Assembly (NCBI GenBank): GCA_046710875.1 | Contig: JBKEHQ010000001.1 | Span: forward strand, 1,119-65,118 | Reading direction: 5' to 3' | Length of the DNA: 64,000 nucleotides | Origin: Candidatus Thalassarchaeaceae archaeon | GTDB lineage: Archaea; Thermoplasmatota; Poseidoniia; Poseidoniales; Thalassarchaeaceae | Part shown: positions 40,428-49,096 of the stretch, in pieces | Position numbering within the stretch: the stretch's first letter is position 1 | Layout: each line of letters begins with the position of its first letter | Made by a program: the position numbers and the translations under genes | The notes under the pieces: model-generated | Told to the model about the DNA's origin: nothing | What the model saw: the letters and a program-made list of their open reading frames with translations, nothing else | The model's database searches: none

Positions 40428-42017
40428 TTGATGGTAGATTATGATTCGCGCAAATCAATGGTCAGCAGCGATGTCCGCGTCAACATTTCTGTGACAGATA
40501 GAATTTTACTTCATTTATGGGAACAAGATCACCAAGCTGATCATTATTTAGTAACATATGAAATGACAAGACCTGGAATAGCAGAAGTTTGTGCATTACA
40601 TCCACCAAATGTGTCCAGATCAATGAGAGATATTATTTCTGAAGGATGGGCAACCGAACATACGAGGTCAATCAGGGGAGATGACCGAAGGCAAAAAACA
40701 TGGCAATTATCTGATGACGGGCGTTATGCAATTTCCGAGAAGATGCCTCAACTTCGTTCGACAAAAGTATTGCTCAGGGGACGAGATAATAATCTCCTTG
40801 AAATAAGAGCAGACGAAGCATCTTTGAATCTAAAAGCGAATCTTACACTACTACAAATCTTAATGCATGCACAACATGAAGGCGTTCTTAATTTTGGAGA
40901 CATTAGATTTGGGACAATAATTAATTCAGATGAAAATACAAAACCCGGCTCAATTAGTATGTTATCTGGAGCCCATTCAACATATCATACTCGTCCTCCT
41001 GATACCCGGACTGTCCATGGGCGAAAACTCGAAAAAGATGGAATAAGTAAATGGTACAAATCCAAAACACCTTTATTTGTTCTATCAGGTATAGCTGGTT
41101 GTGGTAAAACTACTTTAGTATCGTTTTGGATTGATGATGTTTTAAACAATAATCCAGAAACAGAAGTTATGTATTATCCTTGTCAACCTTGGGACACAAC
41201 ACTTGGAATAGCTACTAGTATATTGCATCGCTTCGGTATACGTTCACCAGATAAATCACAGGACCCATATGGTGTCTTAGAGACAATACCTCTTAAACCA
41301 GGAATGGACTTTAATTTAGATTTATACAGGCGTAGAGTTACAGCCCATTTATTGGATAAAAAAAATCTTAGAAAAGATAATATTAATCAAATTCTTATAA
41401 TTTTAGATGATGTACATAACATTGATTTGTCCGGGCAGAATTTTTTTGGAATGCTATTACAAATTGCTGAAGATACAAATATTCGCCTCTTGATGATATC
41501 TAGAAAAAATTTAAGTTTTTACGATCGTAGAGACGTACATACCCGTAATCGTGTAAATGAATTTACACTTTCAGGACTTTCTGTTGAAGAAATAACTGTC
41601 TGGCTTAATACATTACCATTATCAAAAAATGCCCCTATAGCGGAAATCTATCAAGCTACGGGGGGGCATCCTCTTGCTTTAGAATTATTAGAATTATATG
41701 GTCAGATATTACATGATGATTGGTTGAGATTTTTGGACGAAGAAATCCTGAATGTATTACCGAAAGATCATAGAGAAATACTGGCTCTTCTTGCAGTATC
41801 CGATCGACCAGTTCCTTGGAAGATTCTAGCCGATGCAGCAGACTTTAGTGGAAAGCCTCCATCTCAAATTATTGAGCGAGGATTGATGCTCGAACTTACT
41901 GAAGGAATGTGGATCCATGAAGCCCTAAGGTCAAGATTACTTAGGGAAGTAGGAGTAACAAACGAAATTAGGTTAAAGAAATTAAAGAATGCTAGATTAA
42001 GACATATGACGATCTAA
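40428..42017 (+). CDS. STAND-class P-loop NTPase (NB-ARC-like) with N-terminal winged-helix domain
   Basis: wHTH-like N-terminus. Walker A LSGIAGCGKTTL, Walker B ILIILDDVHNID, GGHPLALELL (the GxP / GLPLA-like motif of NB-ARC). Gene GC is visibly above the window average. Confidence 0.6.
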   Translation: MMVDYDSRKSMVSSDVRVNISVTDRILLHLWEQDHQADHYLVTYEMTRPGIAEVCALHPPNVSRSMRDIISEGWATEHTRSIRGDDRRQKTWQLSDDGRYAISEKMPQLRSTKVLLRGRDNNLLEIRADEASLNLKANLTLLQILMHAQHEGVLNFGDIRFGTIINSDENTKPGSISMLSGAHSTYHTRPPDTRTVHGRKLEKDGISKWYKSKTPLFVLSGIAGCGKTTLVSFWIDDVLNNNPETEVMYYPCQPWDTTLGIATSILHRFGIRSPDKSQDPYGVLETIPLKPGMDFNLDLYRRRVTAHLLDKKNLRKDNINQILIILDDVHNIDLSGQNFFGMLLQIAEDTNIRLLMISRKNLSFYDRRDVHTRNRVNEFTLSGLSVEEITVWLNTLPLSKNAPIAEIYQATGGHPLALELLELYGQILHDDWLRFLDEEILNVLPKDHREILALLAVSDRPVPWKILADAADFSGKPPSQIIERGLMLELTEGMWIHEALRSRLLREVGVTNEIRLKKLKNARLRHMTI

Positions 42018-42374
42018 CCAAGTATCCATAGCAGGTTTAGGCATTGCACCAGTCATTTGCTCTACTACTTTCCCATTATGAAATAGTAGTAGATTCGGAA
42101 TACCCCTAACTCCATATTTTCCAGGCGTTAATGTATTTGTGTCAGTATTTACTTTTGCTATTGTAATGTCACGTTGTTGTGCAATTTCTGACAATACAGG
42201 GGCAATCATCTTACAAGGTCCACACCAAGGAGCCCAAAAATCAACCAATACCCATTCATTACCATTCGTAATCATATCAAAATCTGCATCGTTTACATCT
42301 ATAACTTGGCCCATTATTACACCTACATCACAGTCGAGGCATTGATAACCTATCAACATGTGTCTTGAAATCAA
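41997..42374 (-). CDS. trxA: Thioredoxin
   Basis: WAPWCGPCK active site. 125 aa. Confidence 0.9.
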   Translation of the reverse strand: MISRHMLIGYQCLDCDVGVIMGQVIDVNDADFDMITNGNEWVLVDFWAPWCGPCKMIAPVLSEIAQQRDITIAKVNTDTNTLTPGKYGVRGIPNLLLFHNGKVVEQMTGAMPKPAMDTWLDRHMS

Positions 42375-42436
42375 GTATATTTAGTCAAATTCATTTACCG
42401 CCATCTATTGCATAGTATCCAAGCGAGGTCATTATT

Positions 42437-43117
42437 TTGGAAATTACCCCTAGCATTCTAACTGCAAACTTTTGTGAACTTGGTAAAACTTTAGATGAAG
42501 CCGTAGAAGCAGGAATAAAATGGATTCATATGGATGTTATGGACGGTAACTGGGTAATTAACCGTACCATAACATTTGGCCCAGCACTAATTCGTTCTGT
42601 CAGAGATAGATTGGGCCCAAACATATTTATTGATTGCCATTTAATGATAAATAATGCAGAAGAAACGTGGGAGCAATATGCTAAAGCGGGCGTAAATATG
42701 ATTATAGCACACTTTGAAGCAGTTGAAAATTTTGAAAAATTGATAACTGATGTACACGGTTATGGAATACAAGTAGGTTGTGTAATTAATCCTAGTACTG
42801 AACCTTCTGAAATAATTCATTTACTTCCTAATTTAGATCTAATCCTCGTTATGTCAGTAGTTCCAGGTAAAGGGGGGCAATCTTTTATGGATGAAGTTGA
42901 GGGCAAAGTACGTTATTTTAGAAATGCCATAGATAATCAAATATCTTCAGGAGGTTATGAAACAAAACTGATGATTGATGGGGGTATAAAAAATCATAAT
43001 GCAGCAATAGTTTCTGATTGGGGGATAGATATAGCCGTGGTTGGATCAGGATTGATAAATGATCAGGGTACAATCAAAGCAAATCTTAATTTTATACATG
43101 CAGCCATCAATAAATAA
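42437..43117 (+). CDS. rpe: Ribulose-phosphate 3-epimerase
   Basis: HMDVMDGNWV, MSVVPGKGGQSF, IDGGI motifs of RPE TIM barrel. Confidence 0.8.
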   Translation: MEITPSILTANFCELGKTLDEAVEAGIKWIHMDVMDGNWVINRTITFGPALIRSVRDRLGPNIFIDCHLMINNAEETWEQYAKAGVNMIIAHFEAVENFEKLITDVHGYGIQVGCVINPSTEPSEIIHLLPNLDLILVMSVVPGKGGQSFMDEVEGKVRYFRNAIDNQISSGGYETKLMIDGGIKNHNAAIVSDWGIDIAVVGSGLINDQGTIKANLNFIHAAINK

Positions 43118-43163
43118 ATTTCTACACCAAGAATTCAATAGTGACCTCCTGTTGTAACATACA

Positions 43164-43481
43164 ATGGTAACCGAACAATGGGTTGTTGATGAGGTTCTCA
43201 AGGTTGTTCCCGATGCAGATGTTTCTGTCACAGATTTACATAAAAGTGGAGATCACTTTCACGTCAGAATTATTTCTAATCAATACGAAGGTATTAGGCC
43301 ATTACAACGACAACGTCCAATTTTAAATCATTTCAAACAATTTATTACTCAGAATATAGTACACGCTTTAGATTTAAAGTGTATGACATTTGATCAAGCA
43401 AAGAAAAGTGGGGAAACCGCCTTTGACCCACACGGCGATGATGTAGAATTCTTCGGAGTTCATATAAGAAGGGAAAAATAG
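43164..43481 (+). CDS. BolA-family protein
   Basis: VSVTDLHKSGDHFHVRIISNQYEGIRPLQRQRPI BolA signature. 105 aa. Confidence 0.7.
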   Translation: MVTEQWVVDEVLKVVPDADVSVTDLHKSGDHFHVRIISNQYEGIRPLQRQRPILNHFKQFITQNIVHALDLKCMTFDQAKKSGETAFDPHGDDVEFFGVHIRREK

Positions 43482-43483
43482 GA

Positions 43484-43819
43484 GTGAATAAAATGAATTT
43501 TAATTGGACGCCAGAAGAATTACAAGATATAGTGGATAAAAATAGCGTTGTTCTTTTTATGAAGGGAACGCCAGAAGAACCTCGTTGCGGATTTAGCAAT
43601 CGTGCTGCTTCAGTTCTAAATAAATTAGAAAAACCTTACGCAAGTGTGAATATTCTAGCCGATCCTCGTGCAATACCATCGGTATGCGCCTGGTCAGATT
43701 TTCCCACAATGCCTCAAATATTCATAAATGGTGAATTGATTGGCGGTTCAGACATTGCTTTGGAATTATACGAAAGTGGCGAGTTACAAGAAATGATTTC
43801 TTTAAGTAAATCAGAATAA
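43484..43819 (+). CDS. Monothiol glutaredoxin (Grx4/GrxD type, CGFS)
   Basis: VVLFMKGTPEEPRCGFSNRA, GGSDI. 3-nt gap from bolA. Confidence 0.85.
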   Translation: MNKMNFNWTPEELQDIVDKNSVVLFMKGTPEEPRCGFSNRAASVLNKLEKPYASVNILADPRAIPSVCAWSDFPTMPQIFINGELIGGSDIALELYESGELQEMISLSKSE

Positions 43820-43830
43820 GGTGACTTATT

Positions 43831-44760
43831 TTGTCGGACATTTCCGATCGAAAGGTTATGTCAATTGCTCTATTGGGTGCTGTTGCAATATCTTTTGCGC
43901 CAATATTCTATATGTTTTCGGAAGTTAATCCAGTCACTGGTGCATTTTTTAGAATGTTATATGCACTTCCATTACTATTTATAATAGTAATAGTTTTTCG
44001 AAAAAATGATAATAGAACTAAAAAAACTCGATTAATTGCTTTCTCGGCCGGTCTATTAATGGCACCTGATATGTTAGCATATTTTAGTTCTATGAAATTT
44101 ATTGGCGTTGGAATCGCAACTCTTATAGGAAACTCACAAGTCATAATTGTAACCATAGTATCTTGGAAGTTATTTGGAGAAAAACCCAATCCCGCAATCT
44201 TATTTTCTCTTCCAGTTGTATTATTTGGGCTATTTTTAATTTCAGGCATATCTGATGCCAATGCTTTTGGATCAAATCCAATAAAAGGCGTTATTTTCGG
44301 AATCGCTGCAGCAATATTTTATTCTACATTCTTAGTCATATTTAGGTTTTCAAATAGAGAATTAGCTCCAGCAGCAAATGTTCAATTGGATGCTACTTTA
44401 GGTGCAGCCTTAGGATTACTTGTACTGGGATTTATGCCACTATCTTCAATTTCAATTGCACCAATTGATTTTGAATTTATATGGCCTGGGCATGGTTGGA
44501 TCATTATATTAGCGTTAACTTGTCAAGTTGCGGGCTGGATAGCCATAGCATTTGCATTACCTAGATTACCTGCTGCTCATACTTCATTTGCCGTACTTCT
44601 TCAACCAATACTGTCTCTGATCTGGGGAGTAATATTATTATCTGAGAATCCTTCAATAAAACAAACAATTGGAATATTCTTGGTTTTACTGTCAATAATG
44701 GCTGTAACTGTATTTGGAACTGTTGAAGATAGGAAAAATACACCATCTGAGATTAGTTAA
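43831..44760 (+). CDS. DMT-superfamily (EamA-like) transporter
   Basis: 309 aa, 10 TM helices arranged as two EamA-like halves. Confidence 0.7.
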   Translation: MSDISDRKVMSIALLGAVAISFAPIFYMFSEVNPVTGAFFRMLYALPLLFIIVIVFRKNDNRTKKTRLIAFSAGLLMAPDMLAYFSSMKFIGVGIATLIGNSQVIIVTIVSWKLFGEKPNPAILFSLPVVLFGLFLISGISDANAFGSNPIKGVIFGIAAAIFYSTFLVIFRFSNRELAPAANVQLDATLGAALGLLVLGFMPLSSISIAPIDFEFIWPGHGWIIILALTCQVAGWIAIAFALPRLPAAHTSFAVLLQPILSLIWGVILLSENPSIKQTIGIFLVLLSIMAVTVFGTVEDRKNTPSEIS

Positions 44761-44917
44761 TTTGAGTGTACAGGGCGAGAGATAAAAGCGAGGGGATGGG
44801 ATGCACTCAGCGAGAACCTTACGGCCCCGTACGGTTACTGATACAAGAAGGTAATAATTAATCATTTTGTGAAAATAGTTAATTTTTTAGATATATCTAG
44901 AGGAAATGTATTTTTTT

Positions 44918-45931
44918 TTAAGCTACGGTCAATATTTCTGGGCCTCCATCGGTCACCAATACTGTATGCTCATACTGACCAACAAAACCTCCATCAACAT
45001 CCTTTAATGCAGGATATACTTCTAGGAATCTAATTGAAGTTAATTTTTTAACTAAAGCATTCCATTTTTTATTCAAAGATTCTCCATCTTCCTCAGGAAA
45101 TGGTTTCTCCAATAAAGGATATGCCCATCTTTCAGCAAATGGAAGTGTTTGATATCGCTCTTCAATATACCTAGCCATTGTAGCCCCAAGGGGTTTTAAC
45201 TTCCCTTTACTAAGTGCTTTACGAATTTTTACATCTCCAGTAACTCTTAGGATATTAGATGAGCCACTAGGGGCAACATTTTCAATCATTCCAGATTCTC
45301 CTGTGGTGTTAAAAGGTTCAACGGCATATAAACCACCTTTTTCCACAACTCCTTTGAAACTAGGATTATTTGGTCCACAATCATACATAGGAATCGATAA
45401 TCCTGCATGCAAGTTCCATCTTTCCATTTGATGCCCACAAAGATTTCTAATCGGCTCAAATCCTGCATCCTTTGTAACCTGTCCAGCAGCTGCACCAATT
45501 TCATGCCAAGGTGTACCTGGGTGCATTTTTTCAATTGCGGCATCTCTTGCTTCTTTGGCAGCTTTTATTTGATCAGTATGTTTTCCTTGAGATCCAACTT
45601 CTATTGTTATTGCATTATCTGCTATTGCTCCTTTGATATGTACTCCGACATCTAATTTGACCAAGTCTCCATTTTCAAAAACCATTCCCTTTTCCCATTC
45701 TTCCATGGGGTCTTGAGAATGATTTGTAGTGTAATGAGCCGCTATATTGTTTACAGAAATTGTTACAGGAAAAGCCGCTTGCCCTCCATGACGTCTGATA
45801 AAACGTTCAGCAGAGTCTATTACCTCAGACCAAGATTTTCCTTCAATAATTTCGCCTTTGATGCCTTCTAAAGTTCTACGAGCTACGTGTCCAGCGTCTC
45901 TCCATTGCTTGAGGTCTGCTTCATCCACCAT
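44918..45931 (-). CDS. map: Methionine aminopeptidase, type 2 (M24A)
   Basis: VKLDVGVHIKG, CGHQM, YAVEPF, QYEHTVLV metal-ligand motifs of MetAP2. Confidence 0.85.
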   Translation of the reverse strand: MVDEADLKQWRDAGHVARRTLEGIKGEIIEGKSWSEVIDSAERFIRRHGGQAAFPVTISVNNIAAHYTTNHSQDPMEEWEKGMVFENGDLVKLDVGVHIKGAIADNAITIEVGSQGKHTDQIKAAKEARDAAIEKMHPGTPWHEIGAAAGQVTKDAGFEPIRNLCGHQMERWNLHAGLSIPMYDCGPNNPSFKGVVEKGGLYAVEPFNTTGESGMIENVAPSGSSNILRVTGDVKIRKALSKGKLKPLGATMARYIEERYQTLPFAERWAYPLLEKPFPEEDGESLNKKWNALVKKLTSIRFLEVYPALKDVDGGFVGQYEHTVLVTDGGPEILTVA

Positions 45932-46512
45932 TTTAGAATCTCCTTTGAACTTACTATTCCTTCTCTCAATATGTCAATGTTCGACAACTCAAGTGTTTCA
46001 CTGACAGTGTGCCATGATATCAAAGTACTGGGTATTTTATCTAAACATTCTCCTGAGTGCCCCATTACTTTATTTTCTGGAGTCGTCAATATATTTGCTG
46101 CTGCTTTACAATTCAATGATGGTCCCACGCCACTTTTATTGGCACTTGTTGCAGTCAAAGGTCCAGTTTTCTCTAAAAGCCTCTTTGCATTTTTATCAGC
46201 TAAGAATCTAATTGCTACTTTATATCCTCCTAAACGTGGATCAAGTGGTTCAATGGCTTTCAGTATTATTGTTAGAGAACCATCAGGAAAATATTGTAAG
46301 ATGTCCAATACATCATTGGGGACATCAACTATCGATCTAGCTTGACCAATATTCGCAACTCCGATACTTAGTGGTAAAGAACTATCTCTATTTTTGATTT
46401 TATATAAATTATCTAATGCTTTTGAATCAAGAATACATCCTAATGCAGGTTGTGTTGTTGTGGGATAAACTATACAATTACCTGATAAAACATGTTTTAT
46501 CATTTCTTCCAT
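45883..46512 (-). CDS. L-threonylcarbamoyladenylate synthase (YrdC/Sua5/TsaC family)
   Basis: IVYPTTTQPALGC, TATSANKSG YrdC-domain motifs. The 3' end overlaps the map start by about 49 nt. Confidence 0.7.
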   Translation of the reverse strand: MEEMIKHVLSGNCIVYPTTTQPALGCILDSKALDNLYKIKNRDSSLPLSIGVANIGQARSIVDVPNDVLDILQYFPDGSLTIILKAIEPLDPRLGGYKVAIRFLADKNAKRLLEKTGPLTATSANKSGVGPSLNCKAAANILTTPENKVMGHSGECLDKIPSTLISWHTVSETLELSNIDILREGIVSSKEILKWWMKQTSSNGETLDT

Positions 46513-46520
46513 AAGTTCAC

Positions 46521-47096
46521 CTATTTGATATGCTTACGATTAAATGGCGGTAATGAGTATGTCTTTACAACGATACTATTGACTTTCAAATCGATATTTG
46601 ATTGATGTGTATGCCGATGTGAGATACTGGCCAAATCGTATATTCCTCTATACCATCCAATTATTGGAATCAGATATATTAACTTATTTAGAACTCTTTT
46701 ATCCCACATTTCGCTCGTCATTTCAGAACCATCATCAGCAACAATGGCCAATCCAAATAATTTCTGTCCCATTGACCTAGATAAGTAAATTCCTGAATAT
46801 CTCCAATAAAGCCAATGGCCACTGAAAATAACAAAAGCCATCATAATGGAATAATGAACATCAGTCGAAAGCCACATACTAATACTCCATGCATAGAAGA
46901 TTTTTTTCTTTGTAATAAGTAGAAGTATTGTGTTTATCAATATCACATCTAATACAAATGCTGCTAACCTATCGACTCTTGATGCTAATATGGTTCCTTC
47001 TGGAACACTCCAATGACCTTCTTTCTGTGAAACTATTGCTTTCGCTAAATTTCCATTACCTGAATTGAGTGATATTGGGTTTTCATGATTACTCAT
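46521..47096 (-). CDS. RDD-family membrane protein
   Basis: ASRVDRLAAFVLDVIL and GQKLFGLAIV segments typical of RDD domain. 3 TM. Confidence 0.55.
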   Translation of the reverse strand: MSNHENPISLNSGNGNLAKAIVSQKEGHWSVPEGTILASRVDRLAAFVLDVILINTILLLITKKKIFYAWSISMWLSTDVHYSIMMAFVIFSGHWLYWRYSGIYLSRSMGQKLFGLAIVADDGSEMTSEMWDKRVLNKLIYLIPIIGWYRGIYDLASISHRHTHQSNIDLKVNSIVVKTYSLPPFNRKHIK

Positions 47097-47206
47097 AACA
47101 CATCTCCTATTGATGCCAAGGTGTCCTCATCGTCAATGTTATGCATTATAGATTTCAACAAATTTAAAGAAATAATAGTATCATAATCCCGTGATAATTA
47201 TACGCA

Positions 47207-48397
47207 ATGTTTCCGCGACGGTGGGTGTTAGGGGGGGGGAGTGGTAGTATGTGGGACCGATTTAAAAATTGGAAAAAAGATAATACTGGTGAAACAGTAT
47301 GCCCTTTATGCCAACACAAAAACTCAAAAAAGGCAGAAATATGCAAATCTTGCTCTTATCAATTGAATAAACCTAGTCATGAACAGATATCTAATATTGA
47401 AGAATCTGAAAAAAATTCATTATTTGATCAATTAATGGATGAATTTGACGTTGAGAAAGAAGATGAAATAATAGATTGGTCCAAAGCTACATTCAAAATG
47501 GATGATGTCACAGTAGATGTAAATCAATATACCGAAGAAGAAGAAGTATTTTTGAGTAGCAAGCCAAGTTTTGCCATGACAAAAGGTACTATTGAAATGC
47601 CAAAACAAGATGAACAACAAGAAGATTATCAATTAAGTCCCGAAGATGCTCCATCAATATCTGTTAAGTTCGAAATTCCTGTAGAACAAGCTGAGGTAAT
47701 CGAAGAAGTTGAGTATACGCCAGTTGAACTAATTAAACCAACTTCTGGAACTCCGGACAATGTACAGATAATATCTGCCGATCAAATAACTGAAGAAATT
47801 AGTGAACTTGCAATTCTTGAAGCTGCAGATTTTGATGGCGATGGCGACGTTGATGAATATGAGGAGGCGTTCTTTAATGATGAGAATAATGAGCAGGAGC
47901 CAATAATTGATAAAATAGATTCAGATAACAATTTTTCTACCATTCCATCTGCACCATTGGACCTACCTCCATTTATAAAATCTGAAAATATTCTTATAGA
48001 AAAAGAAGATAATAATGCCGAAGATGAAATAGTTACACTACCTTCAGCACCAGTGATTCCATCAATTGATGAAAATTCAATATTATCTAATTCAATAGAT
48101 AATAAAATATCATATTGGCCATGGAAGCAACAAGATGAGTGGATGTTTTCAGAACTTAAAGGCCAGGTCTTATCAGCAATGAGGGCAGCTATTGATAAAA
48201 ATATTGCACAAGCCACCGTTATAATTGATGATGTAGGGCCCCATTTAGGCAATCAAACCAATTTAATGTATCCAATAGGCAAACTTTTAGATACGATAGG
48301 AAGAAGAAATGCTGTAGACAAAATGATATCTCTGGCCTATAAAAATCTACCCAATGATCCAAACGTAATACAAGCAAAACAAAAGTTAAGGCCATAA
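47207..48397 (+). CDS. Zinc-ribbon protein with long acidic low-complexity region (hypothetical)
   Basis: CPLCQHKNSKKAEICKSCSYQ N-terminal zinc ribbon. Residues about 60-270 are D/E-rich and predicted disordered. Short C-terminal helical domain. Confidence 0.5.
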   Translation: MFPRRWVLGGGSGSMWDRFKNWKKDNTGETVCPLCQHKNSKKAEICKSCSYQLNKPSHEQISNIEESEKNSLFDQLMDEFDVEKEDEIIDWSKATFKMDDVTVDVNQYTEEEEVFLSSKPSFAMTKGTIEMPKQDEQQEDYQLSPEDAPSISVKFEIPVEQAEVIEEVEYTPVELIKPTSGTPDNVQIISADQITEEISELAILEAADFDGDGDVDEYEEAFFNDENNEQEPIIDKIDSDNNFSTIPSAPLDLPPFIKSENILIEKEDNNAEDEIVTLPSAPVIPSIDENSILSNSIDNKISYWPWKQQDEWMFSELKGQVLSAMRAAIDKNIAQATVIIDDVGPHLGNQTNLMYPIGKLLDTIGRRNAVDKMISLAYKNLPNDPNVIQAKQKLRP

Positions 48398-48418
48398 TAT
48401 ACAAATTTCTACATAGAT

Positions 48419-49012
48419 ATGATGTACATCAACACATTCGTCTTAATTAGTATGCCTAGAACTACATCTTCAATAAGGGTAAACGATAATTTAATTTTAC
48501 GACCTGCAACACAAGAGTATCTTTCAGACTTGATAGAAGCTTACGAAGAAACATGGCCAGAAGTCAGTTGGGCAATGCCTTGGATAGTATCTGAAAAACC
48601 ATTATATTCACAAATTTCTAATTTTATTAATGAAACAGAAGAAAAAGGTAGAAAAGGAATCTTACATCATTGGGTCATCATACGTGTGTGGGATAATTTT
48701 GTTCTTGGATTAATAGGATTTGACCGTATTACTCGTTCAGATAAGGCTGTTTGGAATCTTGGCTATTGGGTTCGTAGTTCAGAACAACAACGCGGAATTG
48801 CTAGAATGTCCGTTGATGCAGTATTAGATTGGATAAAAGAAAAAAAACCTGTTTTTATAGAATTAAAAGTTGACCCAAATAATATTCCTGGTAGAAGTAC
48901 AGTTTTTCGAATAGTAAATAATTGGAATGGTAAACGACATATTGAGGGGGACTCAGCAATAACTATTTCTGGGTTAAGAACCATTCATGAATGTTATTTA
49001 GTTGAGATATAA
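48419..49012 (+). CDS. GNAT-family N-acetyltransferase (RimJ/RimL-like)
   Basis: QQRGIARMSVDAVLDWI (acetyl-CoA-binding Q/RxxGxG/A-like motif), about 197 aa. Confidence 0.55.
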   Translation: MMYINTFVLISMPRTTSSIRVNDNLILRPATQEYLSDLIEAYEETWPEVSWAMPWIVSEKPLYSQISNFINETEEKGRKGILHHWVIIRVWDNFVLGLIGFDRITRSDKAVWNLGYWVRSSEQQRGIARMSVDAVLDWIKEKKPVFIELKVDPNNIPGRSTVFRIVNNWNGKRHIEGDSAITISGLRTIHECYLVEI

Positions 49013-49096
49013 TTACTATTTGTATAGGTAATTAATCTAACAGTTGAAATCTAAGATTCCATCCGGTACATATAATAAGTTCCCGAAGGTGATACA

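Noticed and set aside
44761-44917. tRNA gene in the GC-rich intergenic island
   Set aside because: It has no T-loop GTTCRANYC consensus or cloverleaf-compatible acceptor pairing. I found no tRNA-like sequences anywhere in the window.
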